DNA of 64,000 nt from Candidatus Eiseniibacteriota bacterium (GCA_963725865.1 CAVSAC010000010.1:288001-352000), one strand, 5' to 3'. Positions 21,143-31,667 are shown, counted from the first letter of the stretch. The notes: generated from the letters alone by a model not told the origin. Program-made: numbers and translations.

Positions 21143-24100
21143 TCAGGGAAGGAGCACGACGCGCGTCTGGACGTGGAGGGAACCACTGGTCAGACGCGCG
21201 AAGTACAGACCGGCCGGGACGAGCGATCCCGCTTCGTCCCGGCCGTCCCATTCCAGGCGTCCCTCCGCCTGCGCGCCGAGCCGGAAGCCCCGCACCCGCC
21301 GCCCCGCCACGTCGTAGAGCGCGAGCCGTGACGGCGCGGCGACCGCTCCGCTCCACGTCAGCCGCACCGGGAGCCCCGACGGGCGTCGACCCACCGCGAG
21401 CGCGAGCGCGCCCGCGCGTGGCGGCGACGGCCCGATCGCGAGCGCACTCGGATGCGCCGCGACCGCGCCGCTGCGCGCGAAGTCGCCGCGCGGAGTCGAC
21501 CACGACGGCGCGGGGTCGCCGCTGCCCGCTCCCATGTCGTAGATGAAGAGCGTGGAGTCCGGACCGGTTCCGGCCGCCACCTCGGTCGCCAGATCCCCGT
21601 CGAGGTCGGCGAGCGTCGGCTGCAGGCCCGCTCCGCCCGGCATCGGGAACCGCGGCAGCGCGCGGGCGCTGTCGTCGAACGCGGCGAGGCCGCTGCCCAG
21701 CATCAGCAGCACGCCGCCGCGCGCGCCGCCGAGGAAGTGGCCCGCCACGGGCGGACCGGTCGGGATCGCGCCCAGCGCGCGCGGCCAGCCGCGCGAGCCG
21801 AGCGGCGCGCCGCTCGAGTCGAATGCCGCGAGCGCCGACGGAGTGGCGAGCGCCACCACGATCTCGGGCCGCTGGTCGCCGTCGAGATCGGCGAGCGCCG
21901 GATCCTGCACCGCGCTGCCCCCGAGCGGGACGCTGAAGTGGGTCGAGCCGTCGGCGCGCAGCGCGCGCAGTGTGCCGCCCGCGGCCGCCAGGATGAGCGG
22001 GGCCGCGCCGGCGTCGAAGCGCGCGATCACGGGCGCCACCGGCACTCCGCCGAGCGCGATCGGGAAGCCCGCCAGCTCGCCGCCGTCGCCCGCCAGGGCG
22101 TGGAGCGTGCCGTCGGCGGCGACCGCGACGATCTCATCTCCCGGTGACTCGTCGAGCGGGGCGAGTGCCACCGGCAGGTCGACCGCCGCGCCGCCAAGCG
22201 CCACCGGAAATCCGGCCTTGAGCACGCCGTCGGCGTCCCACGCCCACACGCTGCCGTCCTGCGCGCCGCACACCACGTCGAGCACGCCGTCGCCGTCGAG
22301 GTCGCCGAGCGCCGGACCGCCCGTGAGCGGCCACAGCACGCCGGGGCCATCGACCGGGAAGCCCGCGAGCGCGTTCCCGTCGCGGTCGAATCCGGCGAGC
22401 CGGCTGCTCGTGAGCCCGGCGTAGATCCGCACGCCGCGCCCGCCGCCCATGTCCGCCGCGGCGAGTAGGCGCGCCGGACGCCCGCCCAGGCTCACCACGC
22501 GAACGGTGTCGCCACGCGCGCCGTCGAGGATCAGCAGCTTCTGATCCTGGGTGGCATAGACCAGCCGCGGCAGGCCGGCAGGCTGCGAGATCACGACCGG
22601 CGGTCCGATCGTGAGCGCGCGCCCACGGATCGCGAGCGAGGTCGCGCGATCGTCGAGCACGCCGCGTGCATCGAGCCGCCCGGTGCCGATCCGCGTGTTC
22701 GCCGGTTGCAGCGCGGCGATGTCGTCGGCGGTGTCCCGCACGCGCAGCAGCGCGCCCCACGCATCGAGCGGTCGGCGGCCGTGATGGAGGCGATCGGCCT
22801 GCGCGAGCGCGAGCGTCCCCGACACCAGCGGCGCCGCGAACGAGGTGCCGGAGAGAGCGCTCCAATACGTGGGCTGGCGAAGTCCGAGACTGTCGCCGCC
22901 CACGTGCGCCACTCCGGTCGACAGCAGTCCCACGCCGGGTGCCGCCACGTCGACGTGCCCGCCCTGGTTGCTGAACGCCGCGACCACGTCCGCGCCGTCG
23001 ACCGCCGCGACCGTGATCACGTCGCCGCGCAGCCCGAGCTCCTGCGGCTGACCGCTGTTGCCCGCCGCCAGTACGATCGCCACGCCCGCGCGCACCGCCG
23101 CGCTCGTCGCGTCGACGAGGCCCGGAGTGCTGACCGTCGCGAACGATGCATTGATCACGCGCGCGCCGGAGCGCGTCGCGTAGCGGATCCCCTGCGCGAC
23201 GAACGACATGTCCACCAGCCCGAGCGGCGCCGCGACGTCCGACCACGCGACCCGCACCGGCAGCAGGCGCACCGTCCACGCCACGCCGGGCAGGCCGATG
23301 TCGTTGTCGCCGATCGCGCCGATCAGGCCGGCCACCGCGGTGCCGTGGCCGGCGAAGTCGTTCGGGTCGGCATCGGCGTCCCGCCAGTCCTCGCCGCTCG
23401 CCACCCCGGTGGCCGCGCCGAGCGCCACGAAGTCGTAGCCCGCGACGTCGTCGACCGCGCCGTTCCCGTCGTCGTCGACGCCCGCCACCCCATCGCGCTC
23501 CGCGGCGTTGACGAACAGATTGCCATGACGTCCCGCGACCACGCCGCCGAGATCCGGGTGGTATGGGAGGACGCCGGTGTCGAGCACCGCCACCACGATC
23601 GACGAGTCCCCGGTCGTCAGGTCCCATGCTTCGGTGGCGTGGATGTCGTGACCCGAGAGCTGCAACAGCCAGCTGCAGTCGTTCATCAGCGAGTCGCGGC
23701 TCACGATCGAGACCGGCACCACCGCGATCGGCGACGCCGACTCCACCTCGGGCAGCGCGGCGAAGCGCGCGAGCGCGTCCGCGAGGTCGAGCCCCGGAGG
23801 CAGCGCGGCGACCCAGTACGCGGTGAGATCGGGCTCGCTCGCCTCCGGGGCGGGCGCTGGCTCGTCGGCGAACTCCGGAGTCAACGCGACGCCGAGCGTC
23901 CGCGCGAGTCCATCCACGGCGACGACGCCGAGTGGGGCGGCGAGTGCGTCGCGCATGGGAGTGCGCGTGCCGAGCGGCACCGCTGCGCGCGCCGCCGCGG
24001 TGCGCAGGCGCAGCTCGATGCGGTCGGAGCGCCAGCCGGGAACGGTGGCCGCGGCACCGGGCACGAAGCGGGGCAGGTCCGCGAGTCCCGCGGCGCGCAC

Positions 24101-24160
24101 GCCGGTGGCGGGCAGCGCGTGCAGCGCCAGCAGGGTCGCGAGGACGAGGGCGGGACGCAT
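21143..24160 (-). CDS. S8 subtilase with FG-GAP repeats and C-terminal FlgD-Ig/CTD
   Basis: Catalytic triad motifs VAVLDTG, GHGTAVAG, SGTSFAAP; DLDGDG repeats; WDGRDEAG...AGLYFARL. Confidence 0.9.
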   Translation of the reverse strand: MRPALVLATLLALHALPATGVRAAGLADLPRFVPGAAATVPGWRSDRIELRLRTAAARAAVPLGTRTPMRDALAAPLGVVAVDGLARTLGVALTPEFADEPAPAPEASEPDLTAYWVAALPPGLDLADALARFAALPEVESASPIAVVPVSIVSRDSLMNDCSWLLQLSGHDIHATEAWDLTTGDSSIVVAVLDTGVLPYHPDLGGVVAGRHGNLFVNAAERDGVAGVDDDGNGAVDDVAGYDFVALGAATGVASGEDWRDADADPNDFAGHGTAVAGLIGAIGDNDIGLPGVAWTVRLLPVRVAWSDVAAPLGLVDMSFVAQGIRYATRSGARVINASFATVSTPGLVDATSAAVRAGVAIVLAAGNSGQPQELGLRGDVITVAAVDGADVVAAFSNQGGHVDVAAPGVGLLSTGVAHVGGDSLGLRQPTYWSALSGTSFAAPLVSGTLALAQADRLHHGRRPLDAWGALLRVRDTADDIAALQPANTRIGTGRLDARGVLDDRATSLAIRGRALTIGPPVVISQPAGLPRLVYATQDQKLLILDGARGDTVRVVSLGGRPARLLAAADMGGGRGVRIYAGLTSSRLAGFDRDGNALAGFPVDGPGVLWPLTGGPALGDLDGDGVLDVVCGAQDGSVWAWDADGVLKAGFPVALGGAAVDLPVALAPLDESPGDEIVAVAADGTLHALAGDGGELAGFPIALGGVPVAPVIARFDAGAAPLILAAAGGTLRALRADGSTHFSVPLGGSAVQDPALADLDGDQRPEIVVALATPSALAAFDSSGAPLGSRGWPRALGAIPTGPPVAGHFLGGARGGVLLMLGSGLAAFDDSARALPRFPMPGGAGLQPTLADLDGDLATEVAAGTGPDSTLFIYDMGAGSGDPAPSWSTPRGDFARSGAVAAHPSALAIGPSPPRAGALALAVGRRPSGLPVRLTWSGAVAAPSRLALYDVAGRRVRGFRLGAQAEGRLEWDGRDEAGSLVPAGLYFARLTSGSLHVQTRVVLLP

Positions 24161-24226
24161 GGGCGGAAACGACGAGCGACCGGGACCCGGCAAGGGGCGT
24201 GGGCTCCGGTCGCTGTGTCGTGCGGG

Positions 24227-24256
24227 ATTCTACGGAGATGGCGTGCGCAGGGTCAA
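24227..24256 (-). promoter_or_regulatory. Putative sigma70 promoter for the S8 peptidase
   Basis: TTGACC-N18-TAGAAT on the minus strand, about 65 nt upstream of the ATG. Confidence 0.5.
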
Positions 24257-24333
24257 GACATGAGCGCCGGGCGCACGACTCCGGTGAACCCGCGTCGCGT
24301 GCGTCGGATGCGCTGCGCGGGAGCCTGGCGGGC

Positions 24334-24362
24334 TTGACTCGTCCCGAGCCGGGCGGCACACT
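24334..24362 (+). promoter_or_regulatory. Putative sigma70 promoter for pyrE
   Basis: TTGACT-N17-CACACT. Confidence 0.45.
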
Positions 24363-24404
24363 CCTGCCCGCTCGCCCGCCTCACCACGACTGACAAGGGG
24401 TCCC

Positions 24405-24962
24405 ATGGAAGCGAATCACCGGGAGCGCCTCCGCCAGATGCTGCTCGAACGCTCGATGCGGTTCGGCGAGTTCGTGCTCAGCAGCGGCGTCACCTCGAAC
24501 TACTACATCGACGTGCGCAAGACCAGCCTGCACCCGGAGGGCCTGCGGCTGATCTCGCGGCTGTTCTGGGAGATCCTGGAGAGCGAGCGCGTGACCGCCG
24601 TCGGCGGCCTGACCATGGGCGCCGATCCGCTGGTCGCGGGCGTGATGCTGCACAGCGCCGAGGTCGGCAAGCCGATCGAGGGCTTTCTGGTGCGTCGCAC
24701 CACCAAGGATCACGGACTGCGCGGGCAGGTCGAGGGCAATCTCGCCGGTCACAAGCGCGTCGCGATCCTCGATGACGTGATCACCAGCGGCGAGAGCGCG
24801 CTGATCGCCGCCGAGGCCGCGGAGTCGTACAAGGCCGAGGTGGTGAAGGTGCTGGCGGTGGTGGACCGCGGCCAGGGCGCCCAGCAGATCTTCCAGCAGC
24901 GGAACTACCCTTACACCGCGTTGTTCCCCATCGGCGAACTGCTGCCCGCCGAGCGCGGCTGA
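24405..24962 (+). CDS. pyrE: Orotate phosphoribosyltransferase
   Basis: GEFVLSSGVTSNYYIDVR, GGLTMGADP, KDHG, PRPP motif ILDDVITSGES. Confidence 0.93.
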   Translation: MEANHRERLRQMLLERSMRFGEFVLSSGVTSNYYIDVRKTSLHPEGLRLISRLFWEILESERVTAVGGLTMGADPLVAGVMLHSAEVGKPIEGFLVRRTTKDHGLRGQVEGNLAGHKRVAILDDVITSGESALIAAEAAESYKAEVVKVLAVVDRGQGAQQIFQQRNYPYTALFPIGELLPAERG

Positions 24963-25069
24963 GCCCTACGCCCCCCGTGACGTGCGCCGCAAGTCCGGAC
25001 CTCGTCCGGCCGATATCACATGGGTGGCGGGCAGGATGCCCGCGCTCCGTCCCACAGGGCTGATCCTCC

Positions 25070-27035
25070 ATGTTCGAGCGACATTTCGGTCTGCGTGAAA
25101 ACCCGTTCGTCGCGGGTCACCAGCACCGTTTCGTCTATCCGAGCCCCGAGCACCTCGAAGCACTCGCCCACCTGCGCTACGGCATCGAGAACCGCGAGCC
25201 CTTCGTGCTCATCACGGGCGAGGTCGGGACGGGCAAGACCACCGCGTTGTACGATGCCCTCTCCGAGTGGGAGTCGCGCGTGGTGGTCGCGCTCATCACC
25301 AACTCCGCGCTGACGCGCGCCGAACTGCTCGAGGAGATCGCGCTGCGCTTCGGCGTGATCGTGCACCCCGGCTCGAGCAAGCCCCAGATCATGACCGCGC
25401 TCGAGCGCCACCTGCTCGCCGTGCGCGCCCAGCAGCACCGCGCCATCCTGCTGCTCGACGAGGCGCAGAACCTCGAGCGCGAGCTGCTCGAGGAGATCCG
25501 GCTGCTCTCCAACCTCGAGAACGCCGGCGACAACCTGTTGCAGGTGGTACTGGTCGGCCAGCCCGAGCTCGAGGAGAAGCTCGCGCGCCCGGAGCTGCGC
25601 CAGCTGCGTCAGCGCATCACCGTGCACTATCGCCTCAGCTCGCTGAGCCCGGAGGACACCGAGCGCTACATCCAGCACCGCGTCTCGGTCGCCGGTGGCC
25701 ATGCGCTGAGCGTGTTCCCGACCGATTCGTGCCGCGCCATCCACCGGCTCACGACCGGGATCCCGCGCGAGATCAATCATCTCGCGGCGCAGGCGATGCT
25801 GACCGCCTACGTCGACGACGCGCCCAACGTGCGGGTCGAGCATGTCGAGGTCGCCGCGCGCGAGATCCAGTTCAAGAGCGTCTCGCGCCCGGGGGTGGCC
25901 GGCGAGCCTCCACTGCCGCGCTCGTTCGCGCCTCCACTCGCCGCGGAGCCGTGGCCGGTCGCGATGGCGCCGCCGCCGCAGGTGCCGGCCGAGCCGCCGG
26001 CACCGATGCCGACGCCGCTGCCGGTGCCCGCCAGACCCGAGCCGCGCAGCGTGGCTCCCGAGGGCCCGCACCGCACGGCCTCGTCGGCGGCCTGGGACGC
26101 GTGGATGTCCGCGATCGCAAACCCGGCGGATGCCGCCAGGCAGCACGAAGCTCACGCGACCGCGCCACCATCGCCCGCACCGCCCGCGTACACGCCGCCG
26201 GTCATCCACCCGCCGATCCCGCTCGCACCGCGCGCGCGCGAGTCCGAGTCCGACTTCGCGACGCGCCTCGATGCCGCGGCGCTCGCACCGGCCGCGGCGC
26301 CCGCCGCGCGCCCGCGCCCCCGCGGTGACTCACGAATCGGAGCTGCCGGCCGCGGAGTATCTGCCCGCGCGGCTGCGCGAAAAGCTCGAGCGCGACACGG
26401 CCGAAGCGGAGCCGCCGCGGAATCCCGTCATGCCGTGGCTCATCGCGGTCGGTGCGGTCGCGGTGATCGGGATCAGCGTGGTGCTCTGGATGCGATTCCG
26501 CGATGGCCGCGCCGCGACCGCCAGCACGCCGACGCCCGCGCCGGCCGCTCGTGCCGCCGCGACCGTGCCGATGGCGGCGGACAGCGCGCTGCGCGCGGCG
26601 CGCGACAGCAGCTCCGCGGCGCGCGACAGCGTGGCCGCCGCACCGACCGCCGACACGCCGCTCGCGTCGGTGCCCGAGGCGGCGACTACTGGCGCGGCAT
26701 CGCTCCCGATGCTCGGGAGCCGGGCGCCCGCGGTGGCCACGTCGCCATTCGCCACGCGGACCCCCGCCACGACCCCGATGCGTTACGGCGTGGTCGTGCG
26801 CACGCTCATCGTGCGCGAGCGCGCCGATGCCGAGCGCGACCGCCTCGAAGCTGCGACCGGACTGCCGGCACGCGTGATGGTGGTGAAGGAGCCTGAAGGC
26901 GAGTCCTATCGCGTCGTGGTCGGCGAATGGAGCGACCGCGTGAGCGCCGAGCGCGGCGCCAGCGACCTGATCCGCCAGGGCCAGGTCGACGAGGCCCGCG
27001 TCGTCTCGATCGGGCGCGCGCCCGCAAGGCCCTGA
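25070..27035 (+). CDS. ExeA/GspA-type AAA ATPase with Pro-rich linker, TM helix and C-terminal SPOR domain; frameshift near 26320
   Basis: FGLRENPF, GEVGTGKT, LLLDEAQNL, LVGQPEL, GIPREIN in ORF 25070..; TM segment and YRVVVGEWSDRVSAE in the frame of ORF 25842..27035. Confidence 0.8.
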
Positions 27036-27096
27036 GGGCGTGCGAGACGCTCATCCGAGCTTCTTCGAGGCAGAACCGCGGCGGTCGCCGCGCCAC

Positions 27097-27126
27097 TTGC
27101 CGCGAACGCCCGCGACACGCTAGCTT
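27097..27126 (+). promoter_or_regulatory. Putative tRNA promoter
   Basis: TTGCCG-N18-TAGCTT, 20 nt upstream of the tRNA. Confidence 0.35.
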
Positions 27127-27146
27127 GTCGCGCCTTCCGAACGTGC

Positions 27147-27219
<73 letters not shown>

Positions 27220-27333
27220 CTCTTCCGGCCTGGGCCGAACCGCACCGCGCCTAGCCTCGTCAGTCGAGTGAAAGGGACTGTGCAAGAGTCTGTCACTCGC
27301 GATGGGAGGGTGCGGCTTCGGTAGAACGCGGCG

Positions 27334-27996
27334 CTACTTCGACGCGAACATCGCGTGCACCCCGACCGTGACGGCGGAGAAGTCCTGCAGGTCGTTCATC
27401 CCGCCCCAGCCCCAAGCGCTCCGCTCGCCCATGCGCACGTAGTGGAGCGTCGCGTTCACCCCCAACACCATACGTGAGGAGGTCTGCAGATCGAGCCCGA
27501 TTGAACCGTACCCGCCGGCAACGAGCTTGATGTTGCCCAATCCTGGCCCCTCGACGGTTGCGTACGTGCCGGCGGGCCATTGCTGGTCGAGGTTGAGATT
27601 CAAGCGGTAGACGCCCGCTCCGACCCTCATCCAGGGCGCGTAGCGTTCGCCCGCCGGGACCACCAGCTTCACATGACCCGTAATCTGCAACGCTGACAAT
27701 GCCCAGTCAGAGCCCGCCAGCGCCTCCATGCGTTCAGTCATCAGATAGCGGTTGAACGCGGTCTCGTATCCCGACGAAGCGGGCCAGTAGTGGTAGGCCA
27801 GATCCGCGCCGACGCCAACGTAAGCATTCTGCATGTGAGTGATCGTCACGCCGGCGCCCACGCCGAGCTGTGTGTTGCCGATGTCGCCGGCGGGCGTGGG
27901 GAAGTGCAACTGGGCCCCGAGCCATGTGGTCCCCGCCTCGGCTGGCGTCGTGAAGACGAGGCACGAGAAGACCAGCGTGAGAATTCTGCGCGGCAT
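27334..27996 (-). CDS. Outer-membrane beta-barrel protein (cassette copy 1)
   Basis: Signal peptide, alternating beta-strand pattern, ends AVTVGVHAMFASK; paralog of 29519-30181. Confidence 0.8.
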   Translation of the reverse strand: MPRRILTLVFSCLVFTTPAEAGTTWLGAQLHFPTPAGDIGNTQLGVGAGVTITHMQNAYVGVGADLAYHYWPASSGYETAFNRYLMTERMEALAGSDWALSALQITGHVKLVVPAGERYAPWMRVGAGVYRLNLNLDQQWPAGTYATVEGPGLGNIKLVAGGYGSIGLDLQTSSRMVLGVNATLHYVRMGERSAWGWGGMNDLQDFSAVTVGVHAMFASK

Positions 27997-28113
27997 TCGG
28001 TCTCTCCCTTTCTTCAGGGCCTGCTCAGCGCACCACCCAAGGACGATCACGGTTCCGCGGGTCGCTCAGCCTCTGGGCGGTGTCATAAGTCCTCAACTGG
28101 CGCGGTCACGGTA

Positions 28114-28524
28114 TCAGTTCGTATAGAAGATCAGGACGTGGCGAGTGGCATAGCCACCCTTCCCATCGGTCGCGGAGCAGAAGACGAAGGCGGTGTCGTT
28201 GGGATGCGGCCAGGTCGGCGAACGATAGAAGACCATCGTAGCGCTGGGCGTGTGGTAGATGGTGTTGTCGTAGGGGCTCGTTGAGCCTTTCCGGACCAAC
28301 CCGTTGTAGGGCTCCCAGTCGTAGAGCAGTGGGCCGCCGTTGGGATTGGTCGCGGTGATCGTGATCATCGTCGAGTCTCCCGGGCCAAGGACCGCGGGAA
28401 AGGCCACGACGGATGAGATGACCGGCCGGCGGGTGATCGGCTCGGTGATGAACTTCTGGCACCCACCTAAGCCAACCATGAACACGAGCAGGAAGGCAGC
28501 CTTCAGCCACGGCCTCTTTCGCAT
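28114..28524 (-). CDS. Lipoprotein with an Ig/PKD-like domain (cassette copy 1)
   Basis: GAGGAG RBS; lipobox LGGC; PVISSVVAFPAVLGPGDST...DGKGG; paralog of 30292-30693. Confidence 0.8.
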   Translation of the reverse strand: MRKRPWLKAAFLLVFMVGLGGCQKFITEPITRRPVISSVVAFPAVLGPGDSTMITITATNPNGGPLLYDWEPYNGLVRKGSTSPYDNTIYHTPSATMVFYRSPTWPHPNDTAFVFCSATDGKGGYATRHVLIFYTN

Positions 28525-28870
28525 GACGGCTTCTCCTCGCTTCACGGTGGGAACTCGAACTCTACACCCGCGACAGCGCGACGATGGCGGGCGAGCCTCC
28601 GAGGATGAACTTCCATGGCTCCACGGCCAGCACTACGTCGTTGATGGCCCTCCTAGACCGCCCCGCCTCGAAGGACCGAGTTCCTACCGAATTCTGTCAT
28701 CAGCCCATCCTCCACTTCCGACTGCGCTGCGGTCCAACGGGCCGATCAAGCGGGATTCGCGCTGCCAGAAGACGGCCGGAGTCTATCATTCTAGCAGTTC
28801 CGCCCAGTCCTGCCCCGCTGAGAGCTTGGGAACCTCGCCTCGACCGCCAAGTCTGGGCACCGAAGCCGCG

Positions 28871-28954
28871 TCAGGCCGCCGTTCCAATGGCCGCCCGCAA
28901 CGCTCCCATCCCCCGCAGCCACCCCAGCACTCGGTTCGAATTCTCGATGGTCAC
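28871..28954 (+). repeat. Class A att-like relic A1 (GGGGACGCCA core missing)
   Basis: GGTTCGAATTCTCGATGGT; minus-strand peptide TIENSNRVLGWLRGMGALRAAIGTAA*. Confidence 0.8.
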
Positions 28955-29135
28955 TTGAGTACTTGGAATAGGTCATCTCGTCATAGGGACCCGTACCCTG
29001 ACCGGTATCAAACACGACGACAGCTCCCGGCTCCGGGGCAGCGACTTTGGTAGGTGGCGAAGGCGACGGGCTGCAGCCACAGCTCAACACGCTTAGAAGG
29101 GCTGACAATGCGACCAGCCGAGCCTGCTTGCTCAT
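28955..29135 (-). pseudogene. Truncated lipoprotein N-terminus running into relic A1
   Basis: MSKQARLVALSALLSVLSCGCSPSPSPPTK... continues directly into att-derived sequence. Confidence 0.45.
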
Positions 29136-29324
29136 CGAGGGCATTCCTTTTCTGAGGGTCACGGTTCTCGATGAAGTGTAGCCGCAGCCGTCCAAGCGCT
29201 GCCACTCTCCCACACCGTTCTGTGGAACGTCAGTGAAGATGACACCGGCTAGTGCGTCCGTGATTCTGTCACCCCATGGCCCTCATGGTGGCCGGGGTCG
29301 GACCCTAGCTCACGCCCTCGACGC

Positions 29325-29411
29325 TCACGCCGCCACGAGAACCTGCCGTAGCGTGTCCATGCGTCGCAGCCATCCCACCAGCCGCTTCGAATTCTCGATG
29401 GTTGGGCACGC
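29325..29411 (+). repeat. Class A att-like relic A2
   Basis: TTCGAATTCTCGATGGTTGGGCACGC; peptide ACPTIENSKRLVGWLRRMDTLRQVLVAA*. Confidence 0.85.
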
Positions 29412-29518
29412 TCATCGCGCACTCGAGAACTGCACCGCGCCTCGTCAGTCGAGTAATCGGGACGACTCCAGAGGCCATCACTCGCGGTGCGCCGACGCAG
29501 CCGCGTGCGCGCGCGGCC

Positions 29519-30181
29519 CTACTTCCCCCCGAACAGCGCGTGCACCCCGACCGTGAAGGCGGTGAAGTCCGGCATGTCGCTCATCCCGCCCCAGCCCCAG
29601 GTGCCGGTCTGCCGGGACCGCACATAGTGGAACGTCGCATCCACGCCCAGCACCACGGGTGAGGAGACGTGAAAGTCGAGACCGACCCCGCCATACCCAC
29701 CCGCCACGACCCGGATGTTGCCCGACCCAGCTCCCTCGACCCAGGCATAGGTACCTTCCGGCTTCCTCTGGTCGAGGTTGAGATTCAATCGATAGACACC
29801 TGCGCCGACCTGCATCCAGGGCGCGAAGTGTTCGCCTGCCGGGGCGACGAGCTTCACGTGACCCGTGAGCTGGAACGCGGACAATGCCCACTCAGAGCCC
29901 TCGAGCGCTTCCATGCGCCGGGTCCTCAGGTAGCGGTCGAACGCGGCCTCGTATCCCGACGAAGCGGGCCAGTAGTGATAGACCAGGTCCGCCCCGACGC
30001 CGAAGTGCGCGTTCTCCATGTGAGTGACCGTCACGCCGGCGTCCGCACCGAGCTGCGTGTCGCCGATGTCGAGGGTGGGCACGGGGAACTGCATTTGGGC
30101 CCCGGCCCAGGTCGCCCCGCCCTCGGCAGGCGCCGCGGAAGCGAGGATTGCGACCGCCAGCAGCAGTCTCCCGAGCGGCAT
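29519..30181 (-). CDS. Outer-membrane beta-barrel protein (cassette copy 2)
   Basis: Same length (663 nt) as 27334-27996 and shared motifs (YHYWPASSGYE, GAGVYRLNLNLDQ). Confidence 0.8.
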   Translation of the reverse strand: MPLGRLLLAVAILASAAPAEGGATWAGAQMQFPVPTLDIGDTQLGADAGVTVTHMENAHFGVGADLVYHYWPASSGYEAAFDRYLRTRRMEALEGSEWALSAFQLTGHVKLVAPAGEHFAPWMQVGAGVYRLNLNLDQRKPEGTYAWVEGAGSGNIRVVAGGYGGVGLDFHVSSPVVLGVDATFHYVRSRQTGTWGWGGMSDMPDFTAFTVGVHALFGGK

Positions 30182-30291
30182 GCGACGCGCACGTCTCGGG
30201 GGCCCGGCCGGACCCCGCCACCCGAAGGCCGCACGATAGGCGCCTCGCACGAGACATCTCTCAGGAGTTTCCAAGTGTCGCGGCCTCGAGG

Positions 30292-30693
30292 TCAGTTCCG
30301 GTACAAGATCAAGATCTGGCGGCTGTCACTACCACCTTTGCCGTCCCTCGCGGCGCACCAGACGAAGGCGGTGTCGACAGAGGGCGGCGAAGCCGTCGAG
30401 CGATAAAAGACCATCGAGGGATTACCAGTGTTGTTCCAGATGGAGCCCTCACCGTAGTGGCTCCTCATGACCAGTCCGTTGTAGCCCGCCCAGTCGTAAA
30501 CCAGGGCGTCACCGTCGGGATCGGTGGCGAAAACCGTGACCATCGTCGAATCACCCGGGCCGAGGATTGTGGGAAACGCGATGACCGACGCGATGACTGG
30601 CCGACGGGTGATCGGTTCGGTGACGTATTTCTGGCACGCTCCTGTGCCGACCACGAGCACGAAGGCGGCACTCAGCCAAGCCTTGGTTCGCAT
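30292..30693 (-). CDS. Lipoprotein with an Ig/PKD-like domain (cassette copy 2)
   Basis: TGAC lipobox; TEPITRRPVI...LGPGDSTM...DTAFV.C.A.DGKGG shared with 28114-28524. Confidence 0.8.
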   Translation of the reverse strand: MRTKAWLSAAFVLVVGTGACQKYVTEPITRRPVIASVIAFPTILGPGDSTMVTVFATDPDGDALVYDWAGYNGLVMRSHYGEGSIWNNTGNPSMVFYRSTASPPSVDTAFVWCAARDGKGGSDSRQILILYRN

Positions 30694-30811
30694 GGCTCAT
30701 CTGCTCCTTGGCTCACTTGGGGGGAAGGCAACCGTACACCCGCGCCAACTCGTGGTCGAATGACGAGCCACTGAGGCAAGGGCTCCGCAACGTCGCGACC
30801 CTCCCGGAGCG

Positions 30812-30903
30812 TCAGGCCCCCGCTCCAATGGCCTCCCGCAATGCCCCCATTCCCTGCAACCAGCCTGTCAATCGGTTCGAACTCTCGATGGCTGGGGACG
30901 CCA
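30812..30903 (+). repeat. Class A att-like relic A3
   Basis: GGTTCGAACTCTCGATGGCTGGGGACGCCA; peptide ASPAIESSNRLTGWLQGMGALREAIGAGA*. Confidence 0.9.
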
Positions 30904-30946
30904 AAGACATCCGACACCCTCATCAAACCCTTCCGCGACGCTCTGT

Positions 30947-31148
30947 TCATCTCGCGACCGCCACCGGAACGGTCCGACTACCTCCTGCGAAGTTGAGCCG
31001 CGCGTAGTAGACGCCATTCGCCACGCGCGCTCCCTCCCGCGTCACAAGCTCCCACGTCACGGTCTTTCGTCCGCGTACGAGCGCGCCGTCGAACGGCGTG
31101 GCGATGCGCCGCCCCTGCGCGTCGAACACCTCGAGCTTGAGGATAGGA
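30947..31148 (-). pseudogene. Orphan C-terminal FlgD-Ig/CTD fragment
   Basis: LKLEVFDAQGRRIAT...VTWE...ANGVYYARLNFAGGSRTVPVAVAR* with no recognisable upstream body. Confidence 0.7.
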
Positions 31149-31400
31149 ATTACCTTCCCTCGCTCGCGAGCATAGCCACCGCTCCGGTCATCTCCCAACG
31201 GCGTTCCCCGCCCGCACGGCGTCGCCGCGTCGGCCTCAGCTCCGCGGTTGCCTGTCGCGCACCCCCGGATATCTCCGCGCCGGGATACCCGATGCCCTCG
31301 CACGAGAGCCCTCGCGCCCCACCGCGCGCACTTCTCCCTCCGCCCGCCCGAGAGCTGGCCTGCTCCACTCGATCGCCGCCCACTCCGCGGTGCTCCACCG

Positions 31401-31600
31401 CTACCCCGTCCCGGCCCACGGTCCCGCCCGCGCATCGACCACGCGCCGTTCGACGTGCACGAGGATGCGCGTGATCACCGCGGGCTCGATCACGAACGCG
31501 ACGATCCGCATCTCGCCGCCGAATCTCGGACAGACCTCCGCGTCCGCCTGGAAGCGCATCCGCGACAACTCCGCCCAGCGTCGCCGCCGCGCCCGGAGCG
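31401..31600 (-). pseudogene. IS91/ISCR-type (Y2) transposase C-terminal remnant
   Basis: Own translation RRRWAELSRMRFQADAEVCPRFGGEMRIVAFVIEPAVITRILVHV resembles the W..L..VF..D...CP.CGG.MRI.AFI.EP.VI..IL.HL motif; one Cys lost. Confidence 0.7.
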
Positions 31601-31667
31601 CCGGCCAGCTCGAACGTACTGGGCGCGCGTCGCGATACGACTGCTGCCATCCTTGCGGGGGCCGGTC

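Noticed and set aside
18300..26340. Programmed frameshifting in the M23 peptidase and ExeA-SPOR genes
   Set aside because: No slippery heptamer seen; breaks fall in GC-rich tracts, and indels are common in this assembly.
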